Shown piece by piece: positions 13,169-24,699 of a stretch of 64,000 nucleotides of DNA (its first letter is position 1; the number at the start of each line of letters is the position of its first letter). This DNA is from Malacoraja senta (lineage: Eukaryota). The position numbers and the translations under genes are program-made. A model generated the notes under the pieces. That model was given only the letters and a program-made list of their open reading frames with translations, was not told the origin of the DNA and did not search any database. The DNA is taken from the NCBI GenBank assembly GCA_038087875.1, contig JAXLNO010000181.1:1-64000 (forward strand), given 5' to 3'.

Positions 13169-15810
13169 GCCTAAGCCTAAGCCTAAGCCTAAGCCTAAGC
13201 CTAAGCCTAAGCCTAAGCCTAAGCCTAAGCCTAAGCCTAAGCCTAAGCCTAAGCCTAAGCCTAAGCCTAAGCCTAAGCCTAAGCCTAAGCCTAAGCCTAA
13301 GCCTAAGCCTAAGCCTAAGCCTAAGCCTAAGCCTAAGCCTAAGCCTACGCCTAAGCCTAAGCCTAAGCCTAAGCCTAAGCCTAAGCCTAAGCCTAAGCCT
13401 AAGCCTAAGCCTAAGCCTAAGCCTAAGCCTAAGCCTAAGCCTAAGCCTAAGCCTAAGCCTAAGCCTAAGCCTAAGCCTAAGCCTAAGCCTAAGCCTAAGC
13501 CTAAGCCTAAGCCTAAGCCTAAGCCTAAGCCTAAGCCTAAGCCTAAGCCTAAGCCTAAGCCTAAGCCTAAGCCTAAGCCTAAGCCTAAGCCTAAGCCTAA
13601 GCCTAAGCCTAAGCCTAAGCCTAAGCCTAAGCCTAAGCCTAAGCCTAAGCCTAAGCCTAAGCCTAAGCCTAAGCCTAAGCCTAAGCTAAGCCTAAGCCTA
13701 AGCCTAAGCCTAAGCCTAAGCCTAAGCCTAAGCCTAAGCCTAAGCCTAAGCCTAAGCCTAAGCCTAAGCCTAAGCCTAAGCCTAAGCCTAAGCCTAAGCC
13801 TAAGCCTAAGCCTAAGCCTAAGCCTAAGCCTAAGCCTAAGCCTAAGCCAAAGCCAAAGCCTAAGCCTAAGCCTAAGCCTAAGCCTAAGCCTAAGCCTAAG
13901 ACTAAGCCTAAGCCTAAGCCTAAGCCTAAGCCTAAGCCTAAGCCTAAGCCTAAGCCTAAGCCTAAGCCTAAGCCTAAGCCTAAGCCTAAGCCTAAGCCTA
14001 AGCCTAAGCCTAAGCCTAAGCCTAAGCCTAAGCCTAAGCCTAAGCCTAAGCCTAAGCCTAAGCCTAAGCCTAAGCCTAAGCCTAAGCCTAAGCCTAAGCC
14101 TAAGCCTAAGCCTAAGCCTAAGCCTAAGCCTAAGCCTAAGCCTAAGCCTAAGCCTAAGCCTAAGCCTAAGCCTAAGCCTAAGAAACCTAAGCCTAAGCCT
14201 AAGCCTACGCCTAAGCCTAAGCCTAAGCCTAAGCCTAAGCTAAGCCTAAGCCTAAGCCTAAGCCTAAGCCTAAGCTAAGCCTAAGCCTAAGCCTAAGCCT
14301 AAGCCTACGCCTAAGCCTAAGCCTAAGCCTAAGCCTAAGCCTAAGCAGCTACGCCTACGCCTAAGCCTAAGCCTAAGCCTAAGCTAAGCCTAAGCCTAAG
14401 CCTAAGCCTAAGCCTAAGCCTAAGCCTAAGCCTAAGCCTAAGCCTAAGCCTAAGCCTAAGCCTAAGCCTAAGCCTAAGCCTAAGCCTAAGCCTAAGCCTA
14501 AGCCTAAGCCTAAGCTAAGCCTAAGCCTAAGCCTAAGCCTAAGCCTAAGCCTAAGCCTAAGCCTAAGCCTAAGCCTAAGCCTAAGCTAAGCCTAAGCCTA
14601 AGCCTAAGCCTAAGCCTAAGCTAAGCCTAAGCCTAAGCCTAAGCCTAAGCCTAAGCCTAAGCCAAAGCCAAAGCCTAAGCCAAAGCCTAAGCCTAAGCCT
14701 AAGCCTAAGCCAAAGCCAAGCCAAAGCCTAAGCCTAAGCCTAAGCCTAAGCCTAAGCCTAAGCCTAAGCCTAAGCCTAAGCCTAAGCCTAAGCCTAAGCC
14801 TAAGCCAAAGCCTAAGCCAAAGCCAAAGCCAAAGCCAAAGCCAAAGCCTAAGCATAAGCCTAAGCCTAAGCCTAAGCCTAAGCCTAAGCCTAAGCCTAAG
14901 CCTAAGCCTAGCCTAAGCCTAAGCCTAAGCCTAAGCCTAAGACTAAGCCTAAGCCTAAGCCTAAGCCTAAGCCTAAGCCTAAGCCTAAGCCTAAGCCTAA
15001 GCCTAAGCCTAAGCCTAAGCCTAAGCCTAAGCCTAAGCCTAAGCCTAAGCCTAAGCCTAAGCCTAAGCCTAAGCCTAAGCCTAAGCCTAAGCCTAAGCCT
15101 AAGCCTAAGCCTAAGGCTAAGCCTAAGCCTAAGTCTAAGTCTAAGTCTAAGTCTAAGCCTAAGCCTAAGCCTAAGCCTAAGCCTAAGCCTAAGCCTAAGC
15201 CTAAGCCTAAGCCTAAGCCTAAGCCTAAGCCTAAGCCTAAGCCTAAGCCTAAGCCTAAGCCTAAGTCTAAGTCTAAGCCTAAGCCTAAGCCTAAGCCTAA
15301 GCCTAAGCCAAAGCCAAAGCCAAAGCCAAAGCAAAGCAAAGCCAAAGCCAAAGCCAAAGCCAAAGCCAAAGCCAAAGCAAAAGCCAAAGCCAAAGCCAAA
15401 GCCTAAGCCAAAGCCTAAGCCAAAGCCTAAGCCTAAGCCTAAGCCTAAGCCTAAGCCTAAGCCTAAGCCTAAGCCTAAGCCTAAGCCTAAGCCTAAGCCT
15501 AAGCCTAAGCCTAAGCCTAAGCCTAAGCCTAAGCCTAAGCCTAAGCCTAAGCCTAGCTAGCCTAAGCCTAAGCCTAAGCCTAAGCCTAAGCCTAAGCCTA
15601 AGCCTAAGCCTAAGCCTAAGCCTAAGCCTAAGCCTAAGCCTAAGCCTAAGCCTAAGCCTAAGCCTAAGCCTAAGCCTAAGCCTAAGCCTAAGCCTAAGCC
15701 TAAGCCTAAGCCTAAGCCTAAGCCTAAGCCTAAGGCCTAAGCCTAAGCCTAAGCCTAAGCCTAAGCCTAAGCCTAAGCCTAAGCCTAAACCTAAGCCTAA
15801 GCCTAAGCCT
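13169..15810 (-). repeat. Second GCCTAA (TTAGGC) dominated domain, a diverged copy of the 8.8-11 kb domain
   Basis: Near-pure GCCTAA at about 13169-14660. It carries the same ordered markers as the 10.1-10.7 kb region (GCATAA 14852, GACTAA 14941, GGCTAA, GTCTAA, GCAAAA). Confidence 0.85.
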
Positions 15811-17640
15811 AAGCCAAAGCCAAAGCCAAAGCCAAAAGCCAAAGCCAAAGCCAAAGCCAAAGCCAAGAAGCCAAAGCCAAAGCCAAAGCCAAAGCCAAAG
15901 CCAAAGCCAAGCCAAAGCCAAAGCCAAAGCCAAAGCCAAAGCCAAAGCCAAAGCCAAAGCCAAAGCCAAAGCCAAAGCCAAAGCCAAAGCAAAGCCAAAG
16001 CCAAAGCCAAAGCCAAAGCCAAAGCCAAAGCCAAAGCCAAAGCCAAAGCCAAAGCCAAAGCCAAAGCCAAAGCCAAAGCCAAAGCCAAGCCAAAGCCAAA
16101 GCCAAAGCCAAAGCCAAAGCCAAAGCAAAGCCAAAGCCAAAGCCAAAGCCAACAGCCAAAGCCAAAGCCAAAGCCAAAGCCAAAGCCAAAGCCAAGCCAA
16201 AGCCAAAGCCAAAGCAAAGCCAAAGCCAAAGCCAAAGCCAAAGCCTACCAAGCCTAAGCCTAAGCCTAAGCTAAGCCTAAGCCTAAGCTAAGCCTAAGCT
16301 AAGGCTAAGCCTAAGCTAAGCCTAAGCCTAAGCCTAAGCCTAGCCTAAGCCTAAGCCTAAGCCTAAGCCTAAGCCTAAGCCTAAGCCCTAAGCCTAAGCC
16401 TAAGCCTAACCTAAGCCTAAGCCTAAGCCTAAGCCTAAGCCTAACCCTAAGCCTAAGCCTAAGCCTAAGCCTAAGCCTAAGCCTAAGCCTAAGCCTAAGC
16501 CTAAGCCTAAGCCTAAGCCTAAGCCTAAGCCTAAGCCTAAGCCTAAGCCTAAGCCTAAGCCTAAGCCTAAGCCTAAGCCTAAGCCTAAGCCTAAGCCTAA
16601 GCCTAAGCCTAAGCCTAAGCCTAAACCTAAGCTAAGCCTAAGCCTAAGCCTAAGGCTAAGCCTAAGCCTAAGCCTAAGCCTAAGCCTAAGCCTAAGCCTA
16701 AGCCTAAGCTAAGCCTAAGCCTAAGCCTAAGCCTAAGCCTAAGCCTAAGCCTAAGCCTAAGCCTAAGCCTAAGCCTAAGCTAAGCCTAAGGCTAAGCCTA
16801 AGCCTAAGCTAAGCCTAAGCCTAAGCCAAAGCCAAAGCCAAAGCCAAGCCAAAGCCAAAGCCAAAGCCAAAGCAAAGCCAAAGCCAAAGCCAAAGCCAAA
16901 GCCAAAGCCAAAGCCAAAGCCAAAGCCAAAGCCAAAGCCAAAGCCAAAGCCAAAGCAAAGCCAAAGCCAAAGCCAAAGCCAAAGCCAAAGCCAAAGCCAA
17001 AGCCAAAGCCAAAGCAAAGCCAAAGCCAAAGCCAAAGCCAAAGCCAAAGCAAAGCCAAAGCCAAAGCCAAAGCCAAAGCCAAAGCCAAGCAAGCCAAAGC
17101 CAAAGCCAAAGCCAAAGCCAAAGCCAAAGCCAAAGCCAAAGCCAAAGCAAAGCCAAAGCCAAAGCCAAAGCCAAAGCCAAAGCCAAAGCCAAAGCCAAAG
17201 CCAAAGCCAAAGCCAAAGCCAAAGCCAAAGCCAAGCCAAAGCCAAAGCCAAAGCCAAAGCCAAAGCCAAGCCAAAGCCAAAGCCAAGCCAAAGCCAAAGC
17301 CTAAGCCTAAGCCAAAGCCTAAGCCTAAGCCTAAGCTAGCTAAGCCTAAGCCTAAGCCAACCTAAGCCTAAGCCTAAGCCTAAGCCTAAGCCTAAGCCTA
17401 AGCCTAAGCCTAAGCCTAAGCCTAAGCCTAAGCCTAAGCCTAAGCCTAAGCAAGCCTAAGCCTAAGCCTAAGCCTAAGCCTAAGCCTAAGCTAAGCCTAA
17501 GCCTAAGCCTAAGCCTAAGCCAAAGCAAAGCCAAAGCCTAAGCCTAAGCCTAAGCCTAACCTAAGCCTAAGCTAAGCCTAAGCCTAAGCCTAAGCCTAAG
17601 CCTAAGCCTAAGCCTAAGCCTAAGCCTAAGCCTAAGCCTA

Positions 17641-19790
17641 ACCTAACCCTAACCCTAACTAAGCCTAACCCTACCTAGCCTAAGCCTAAGCCTAAGCCTA
17701 AGCCTAAGCCTAAGCCTAAGCCTAAGCCTAAGCCTAAGCCTAAACCTAAGCCTAAGCCTAAGCCTAAGCCTAAGCCTAAGCCTAAGCCTAAGCCTAAGCC
17801 TAAGCCTAAGCCTAAGCCTAAGCCTAAGCCTAAGCCTAGCCAAGCCTAAGCCAAAGCCAAAGCCAAAGCCAAAGCCAAAGCCAAAGCCAAAGCCTAAGCA
17901 AAGCCAAAGCCAAAGCCAAAGCCAAAGCCAAAGCCAAAGCCAAAGCCAAAGCCAAAGCCAAAGCCAAAGCCAAAGCAAAGCCAAAGCCAAAGCCAAAGCC
18001 AAAGCCAAAGCCAAAGCCAAAGCCAAAGCCAAGCCAAAGCCTAAGCCTAAGCCTAAGCCTAAGCCTAAGCCTAAGCCTAAGCCTAAACCTAAGCCTAAGT
18101 CTAAGCCTATGCCTATGCCTGAGCGTAAGCCTAAGCCTAAGCCTAAGCCTAAGCCTATGCCTAAGCCTAAGCCTAAGCCTAAGCCTAAGCTAAGCCTAAG
18201 CCTAAGCCTAAGCCTAAGCCTAAGCCTAAGCCTAAGCCTAAGCCTAAGCCTAAGCCTAAGCCTAAGCCTAAGCCTAAGCCTAAACCTAAGCCTAAGCCTA
18301 AGCCTAAGCCTAAGCCTAAGCCTAAGCCTAAGCCTAAGCCTAAGCCTAAGCCTAACCCTAACCCTAACCCTAACCCTAAGCTAACCCTAACCCTAAGCCT
18401 AAGCCTAAGGCCTAAGCCTAAGCCTAAGCCTAAGCCTAAACCCTAAGCTAAGCCTAAGCCTAAGCCTAAGCCTAAGCCTAAGCCTAAGGCTAAGCTAAGC
18501 CTAAGCCTAAGCCTAAGCCTAAGCTAAGCCTAAGCCTAAGCCAAAGCCTAAGCCAAAGCCTAAGCCTAAGCTAAGCCAAAGCCTAAGCCAAAGCCAAAGC
18601 CAAAGCCAAAGCCAAAGCCAAAGCCAAAGCCAAAGCCAAAGCCAAATCCAAAGCCAAAGCCAAAGCAAGCCAAAGCCAAAGCAAAGCCAAAGCAAAGCCA
18701 AAGCCAAAGCCAAAGCCAAAGCCAAAGCCAAAGCCAAAGCCAAGCCAAAGCCAAAGCCAAAGCCAAAGCAAAGCCTAAGCCTAAGCCTAAGCCTAAGCCT
18801 AAGCCTAAGCCTAAGCCTAAGCCTATGCCTAAGCTAAGCCTAAGCCTAAGCCTAAGCCTAAGCCTAAGCCTAAGCCTAAGCCTAAGCCTAAGCCTAAGCC
18901 TAAGCCTAAGCTAGCCTAAGCCTAAGCCTAAGCCTAAACCTAAGCCTAAGCCTAAGCCTAAGCCTAAGCCTAAGCCTAAGCCTAAGCCTAAGCCTAAGCC
19001 TAAGCCTAAGCCTAAGCCTAAGCATAAGCCTAAGCCTAAGCATAAGCCTAAGCTAAGCCTAAGCCTAACCCTAACCCTAACCCTAACCCTAAGCCTAACC
19101 CTAACCCTAACCCTAAGCCTAACCCTAACCCTAAGCCTAAGCCTAAGCCTAAGCCTAAGCCTAAGCCTAAGCCTAAACCTAAGCCTAAGCCTAAGCCTAA
19201 GCCTAAGCCTAAGCCTAAGCCTAAGCCTAAGCCTAAGCCTAAGCCTAAGCCTAAGCCAAAGCCTAAGCCAAAGCCTAAGCCTAAGCCTAAGCCAAAGCAA
19301 AGCCAAAGCCAAAGCCAAAGCCAAAGCCAAAGCCAAAGCCAAAGCCAAAGCCAAAGCCAAAGCCAAAGCCAAAGCCAAAGCCAAAGCCAAAGCCAAAGCC
19401 AAAGCCAAAGCCAAAGCCAAAGCCAAAGCCAAAGCCAAAGCCAAAGCCAAAGCCAAAGCAAAGCCAAAGCCAAAGCCAAAGCCAAAGCCAAAGCCAAAGC
19501 CAAAGCCAAAGCCAAAGCCAAAGCCAAAGCCAAAGCCAAAGCCAAAGCCAAAGCCAAAGCCAAAGCCAAAGCCAAAGCCTAAGCCTAAGCCTAAGCCTAA
19601 GCCTAAGCCTATGCCTAAGCCTAAGCCTAAGCCTAAGCCTAAGCCTAAGCCTAAGCCTAAGCCTAAGCCTAAGCCTAAGCCTAAGCCTAAGCCTAAACCT
19701 AAGCCTAAGCCTAAGCCTAGCCTAAGCCTAAGCCTAAGCCTAAGCCTAAGCCTAAGCCTAAGCCTAAGCCTAACCCTAACCTAACCTAAG
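17641..19790 (-). repeat. Region containing short CCCTAA (TTAGGG) runs embedded in GCCTAA blocks
   Basis: CCCTAA clusters at about 17647-17657, 18356-18396, 19069-19134 and 19774-19786. Confidence 0.8.
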
Positions 19791-22700
19791 CCTAAGCCTA
19801 AGCCTAAGCCTAAGCCTAAGCCTAAGCCTAAGCCTAAGCCTAAGCCTAAGCCTAAGCCTAAGCCTAGCCTAAGCCTAAGCCTAAGCCTAAGCCTAAGCCT
19901 AAGCCTAAGCCAAGCCTAAGCCTAAGCCTAAGCCTAAGCCTAAGCCAAAGCCAAAGCCAAAGCCAAAGCCAAAGCCAAGCCAAAGCCAAAGCCAAAGCAA
20001 AGCCAAAGCCAAAGCAAAGCCAAAGCAGCCAAAGCCAAAGCCAAAGCCAAAGCAAAGCCAAAGCAAAGCCAAAGCCAAAGCCAAAGCCAAAGCCAAAGCC
20101 AAAGCCAAAGCCAAAGCCAAAGCAAAGCCAAAGCCAAAGCCAAGCCAAGCCAAAGCCCAAAGCAAAGCCAAAGCCAAAGCCAAAGCCAAAGCCAAAGCAA
20201 AGCCAAAGCCAAAGCCAAGCCAAAGCCAAAGCCAAAGCCAAAGCCAAAGCCAAAGCCAAAGCCAAAGCCAAAGCCAAAGCCAAAGCCAAAGCCAAAGCCA
20301 AAGCCAAAGCCAAAGCCAAAGCCAAAGCAAAGCCAAAGCCAAAGCCAAAGCCAAAGCCAAAGCCAAAGCCAAAGCCAAAGCCAAAGCAAAGCAAAGCCAA
20401 AGCAAAGCCAAAGCCAAGCCAAGCCAAAGCCAAAGCCAAAGCCAAAGCCAAAGCCAAAGCCAAAGCAAAGCCAAAGCAAGCCAAAGCCAAAGCCAAAGCC
20501 AAAGCCAAAGCCAAAGCCAAGCCAAAGCCAAAGCCAAAGCCAAGCAAAGCCAAAGCCAAAGCCAAAGCCAAAGCCAAAGCAAAGCCAAAGCCAAAGCCAA
20601 AGCCAAAGCAAAGCCAAAGCCAAAGCCAAAGCCAAAGCCCCAAGCCAACGCCAAAGCAAAGCCAAAGCCAAAGCAAAGCCAAAGCCAAAGCCAAAGCCAA
20701 AGCCAAAGCCAAAGCCAAAGCCAAAGCAAAGCCAAAGCCAAAGCCAAGCCAAAGGCCAAAGCCAAAGCCAAAGCCAAGCCAAAGCCAAAGCCAAAGCCAA
20801 GCCAAAGCCAAAGCCAAAGCCAAAGCCAAAGCCAAAGCCAAAGCCAAAGCCAAAGCCAAAGCCAAAGCCAAAGCCAAAGCCAAAGCCAAAGCCAAAGCCA
20901 AAGCCAAAGCCAAAGCCAAAGCCAAAGCCAAAGCCAAGCCAAAGCCAAAGCCAAAGCAAAGCCAAAGCCAAGCCAAAGCCAAAGCCAAAGCCAAAGCCAA
21001 AGCCAAGCCAAAGCCAAAGCCAAAGCCAAGCAAAGCCAAAGCCAAAGCCAAAGCCAAAGCCAAAGCCAAAGCCAAAGCCAAAGCCAAAGCCAAGCCAAAG
21101 CAAAGCCAAAGCCAAGCCTAAGCCTTAGCCTAAGCCTAAGCCTAAGCCTAAGCCTAAGCCTAAGCCTAAGCCTAAGCCTAAGCCTAAGCTAAGCTAAGCC
21201 TAAGCCTAAGCCTAAGCCTAAGCCTAAGCTAACCTAAGCTAGCCTAAGCCTAAGCCTAAGCCTAAGCCTAAGCCTAAGCTAAGCCTAAGGCCTAAGCCTA
21301 AGCTAAGCCTCAAGCCTAAGCCAAAGCCAAAGCCAAAGCCAAAGCCAAAGCCAAAGCCAAAGCAAAGCCAAAGCCAAAGCCAAAGCCAAAGCCAAAGCCA
21401 AAGCCAAAGCCAAAGCCAAGCCAAAGCCAAAGCCTAAGCCTAAGCCTAAGCCTAAGCCTAAGCCTAAGCCTAAGCCTAAGCCTAAGCCTAAGCCTAAGCC
21501 TAAGCTAAGCCTAAGCCTAAGCCTAAGCCTAAGCCTAAGCCTAAGCCTAAGCCTAAGCCTAAGCCTAAGCCTAAGCCTAAGCCTAAGCCTAAGCCTAAGC
21601 CTAAGCCTAAGCCTAAGCCTAAGCCTAAGCCTAAGCCTAAGCCTAAGCCTAAGCCTAAGCCTAAGCCTAAGCCTAAGCCTAAGCCTAAGCCTAAGCCTAA
21701 GCCTAAGCCTAAGCCAAAGCCAAAGCCAAAGCCAAAGCCAAAGCCAAAGCCAAAGCCAAAGCCAAAGCCAAAGCCAAAGCCAAAGCCAAAGCCTAAGCCA
21801 AAGCCAAAGCCTAAGCCAAAGCCAAAGCCAAAGCCTAGCCAAAGCCAAAGCAAGCCAAAGCCAAAGCCAAAGCCAAAGCCAAAGCCAAAGCAAAGCCTAA
21901 GCCTAAGCCAAAGCCCAAAGCCAAAGCCAAAAGCCAAAGCCAAAGCCAAAGCCAAAGCCAAAGCCAAAGCCAAAGCCAAAGCCAAAGCCAAAGCCAAAGC
22001 CAAAGCCAAAGCCAAAGCCAAAGCCAAAGCAAAGCCAAAGCCAAAGCCAAAGCCAAAGCCAAAGCCAAAGCCAAAGCAAAGCCAAGCCAAAGCCAAAGCC
22101 AAAGCCAAAGCCTAAGCCTAAGCCTAAGCCAAAGCCTAAGCTAAGCCTAAGCTAAGCCTAAGCCAAAGCCAAAGCCAAAGCCAAAGCCAAAGCAAAGCCA
22201 AAGCCAAAGCCAAAGCCAAAGCAAAGCCAAAGCCAAAGCCAAAGCCAAAGCCAAAGCCAAAGCCAAAGCCAAAGCCAAAGCCAAAGCCAAGCCAAAGCCA
22301 AAGCCAAAGCCAAAGCCAAAGCCAAAGCCAAAGCCAAAGCCAAAGCCAAAGCCAAAGCCAAAGCCAAAGCCAAAGCCAAAGCCAAAGCCAAAGCCAAAGC
22401 CAAAGCCAAAGCCAAAGCCAAAGCCAGCCAAAGCCAAAGCCAAAGCCAAAGCCTAAGCCTAAGCCTAAGCCTAAGCCTAAGCCTAAGCCTAAGCCTAAGC
22501 CTAAGCCTAAGCCTAAGCCTAAGCCTAAGCCTAAGCCTAAGCCTAAGCCTAAGCCTAAGCCTAAGCCTAAGCCTAAGCCTAAGCTAAGCCTAAGCCTAAG
22601 CCTAAGCCTAAGCCTAAGCCTAAGCCTAAGCCTAAGCCTAAGCCTAAGCCAAAGCCAAAGCCAAAGCCAAAGCCAAAGCCTAAGCCTAAGCCTAAGCCTA

Positions 22701-24699
22701 AGCCTAAGCCTAAGCCTAAGCCTAAGCCTAAGCCTAAGCCTAAGCCTAAGCCTAAGCCTAAGCCTAAGCCTAAGCCTAAGCCTAAGCCTAAGCCTAAGCC
22801 TAAGCCTAAGCCTAAGCCTAAGCCTAAGCCTAAGCCAAGCCTAAGCCTAAGCCTAAACCTAAGCCTAAGCCTAAGCCTAAGCCTAAGCCTAAGCCTAAGC
22901 CTAAGCCAAAGCCAAAGCCAAAGCCAAAGCCAAAGCCAAAGCCAAAGCCAAAGCAAAGCCAAAGCCAAAGCCAAAGCCTAAGCCTAAGCCAAAGCCAAAG
23001 CCTAAGCCAAAGCCTAAGCCAAAGCCAAAGCCAAAGCCAAAGCCAAAGCCAAAGCCAAAGCCAAAGCCAAAGCCAAAGCCAAAGCCTAAGCCAAAGCCAA
23101 AGCCAAAGCCTAAGCCAAAGCCAAAGCCAAAGCCAAAGCCAAAGCCAAAGCCAAAGCCAAAGCCAAAGCCAAAGCCAAAGCCTAAGCCAAAGCCAAAGCC
23201 TAAGCCAAAGCCAAAGCCAAAGCCTAAGCCAAAGCTAAGCCAAAGCCAAAGCCAAAGCCTAAGCCTAAGCCAAAGCCAAAGCCAAAGCCAAAGCCAAAGC
23301 CAAAGCCAAAGCCAAAGCCAAAGCCAAAGCCAAAGCCAAAGCCAAAGCCAAAGCCAAAGCCAAAGCCAAAGCCAAAGCCAAAGCCAAAGCCAAAGCCAAA
23401 GCCAAAGCCAAAGCAAAGCCAAAGCCAAAGCCAAAGCCAAAGCCAAAGCCAAGCCAAAGCCAAAGCCAAAGCCAAAGCCAAAGCCAAAGCCAAAGCCAAA
23501 GCAAAGCCAAAGCCAAAGCCAAAGCCAAAGCCAAGCCCAAAGCCAAAGCCAAAGCAAAGCCAAAGCCAAAGCAAAGCAAAGCCAAAGCCAAAGCCAAAGC
23601 CAAAGCCAAAGCCAAAGCCAAAGCCAAAGCCAAAAGCCAAAGCCAAAGCCAAAGCAAAGCCAAAGCCAAAGCCAAAGCCAAAGCCAAAGCCAAAGCCAAA
23701 GCCAAAGCAAAGCCAAAGCCAAAGCCAAAGCCAAAGCCAAAGCCAAAGCCAAAGCCAAAGCCAAAGCCAAAGCCAAAGCCAAAGCCAAAGCCAAAGCCAA
23801 AGCCAAAGCCAAAGCCAAAGCCAAAGCCAAAGCCAAAGCCAAAGCCAAAGCCTAAGCCAAAGCCAAAGCCAAAGCCAAAGCAAAGCCTAAGCCAAAGCCA
23901 AAGCCAAAGCCAAAGCCAAAGCCAAAGCAAAGCCAAAGCCAAAGCCAAAGCCAAAAGCAAAGCCAAAGCCAAAGCCAAAGCCAAAGCAAGCCAAAGCCAA
24001 AGCCAAGCCAAAGCCAAAGCCAAAGCCAAAGCCAAAGCCAAAGCCAAAGCCAAAGCCAAAGCCAAAGCCAAAGCCAAAGCCAAAGCCAAAGCCAAAGCCA
24101 AAGCCAAAGCCAAAGCCAAAGCAAAGCCAAACCAAGCCAAAGCCCAAGCCAAAGCCAAAGCCAAGCCAAAGCCTAAGCCTAAGCCTAAGCCTAAGCCTAA
24201 GCCTAAGCTAAGCTAAGCCTAAGCCTAAGCCTAAGCCTAAGCCTAAGCCTAAGCCAAAGCCTAAGCCTAAGCCTAAGCCAAAGCCTAAGCCTAAGCCAAA
24301 GCCAAAGCCAAAGCCAAGCCAAAGCCAAAGCCAAAGCCAAGCCAAAGCCAAAGAAAAGCCAAAGCCAAAGCCAAAGCCAAAGCCAAAGCCAAGCCAAAGC
24401 CAAGCCAAAGCAAGCCAAAGCCAAAGCCAAAGCCAAAGCCAAAGCCAAAGCCAAAGCCAAAGCCAAAGCCAAAGCCAAAGCCAAAGCCAAGCCAAAGCCA
24501 AAGCCAAGCCAAAGCCAAAGCCAAAGCCAAAGCCTAAGCCTAAGCCTAACTAAGCCTAAGCCTAAGCCTAAGCCAAGCCTAAGCCTAAGCCTAAGCCTAA
24601 GCCTAAGCCTAAGCCTAAGCCTAAGCCTAAGCTAAGCCTAAGCCTAAGCCTAAGCCTAAGCCTAAGCCTAAGCCTAAGCCTAAGCCTAAGCCTAAGCCT

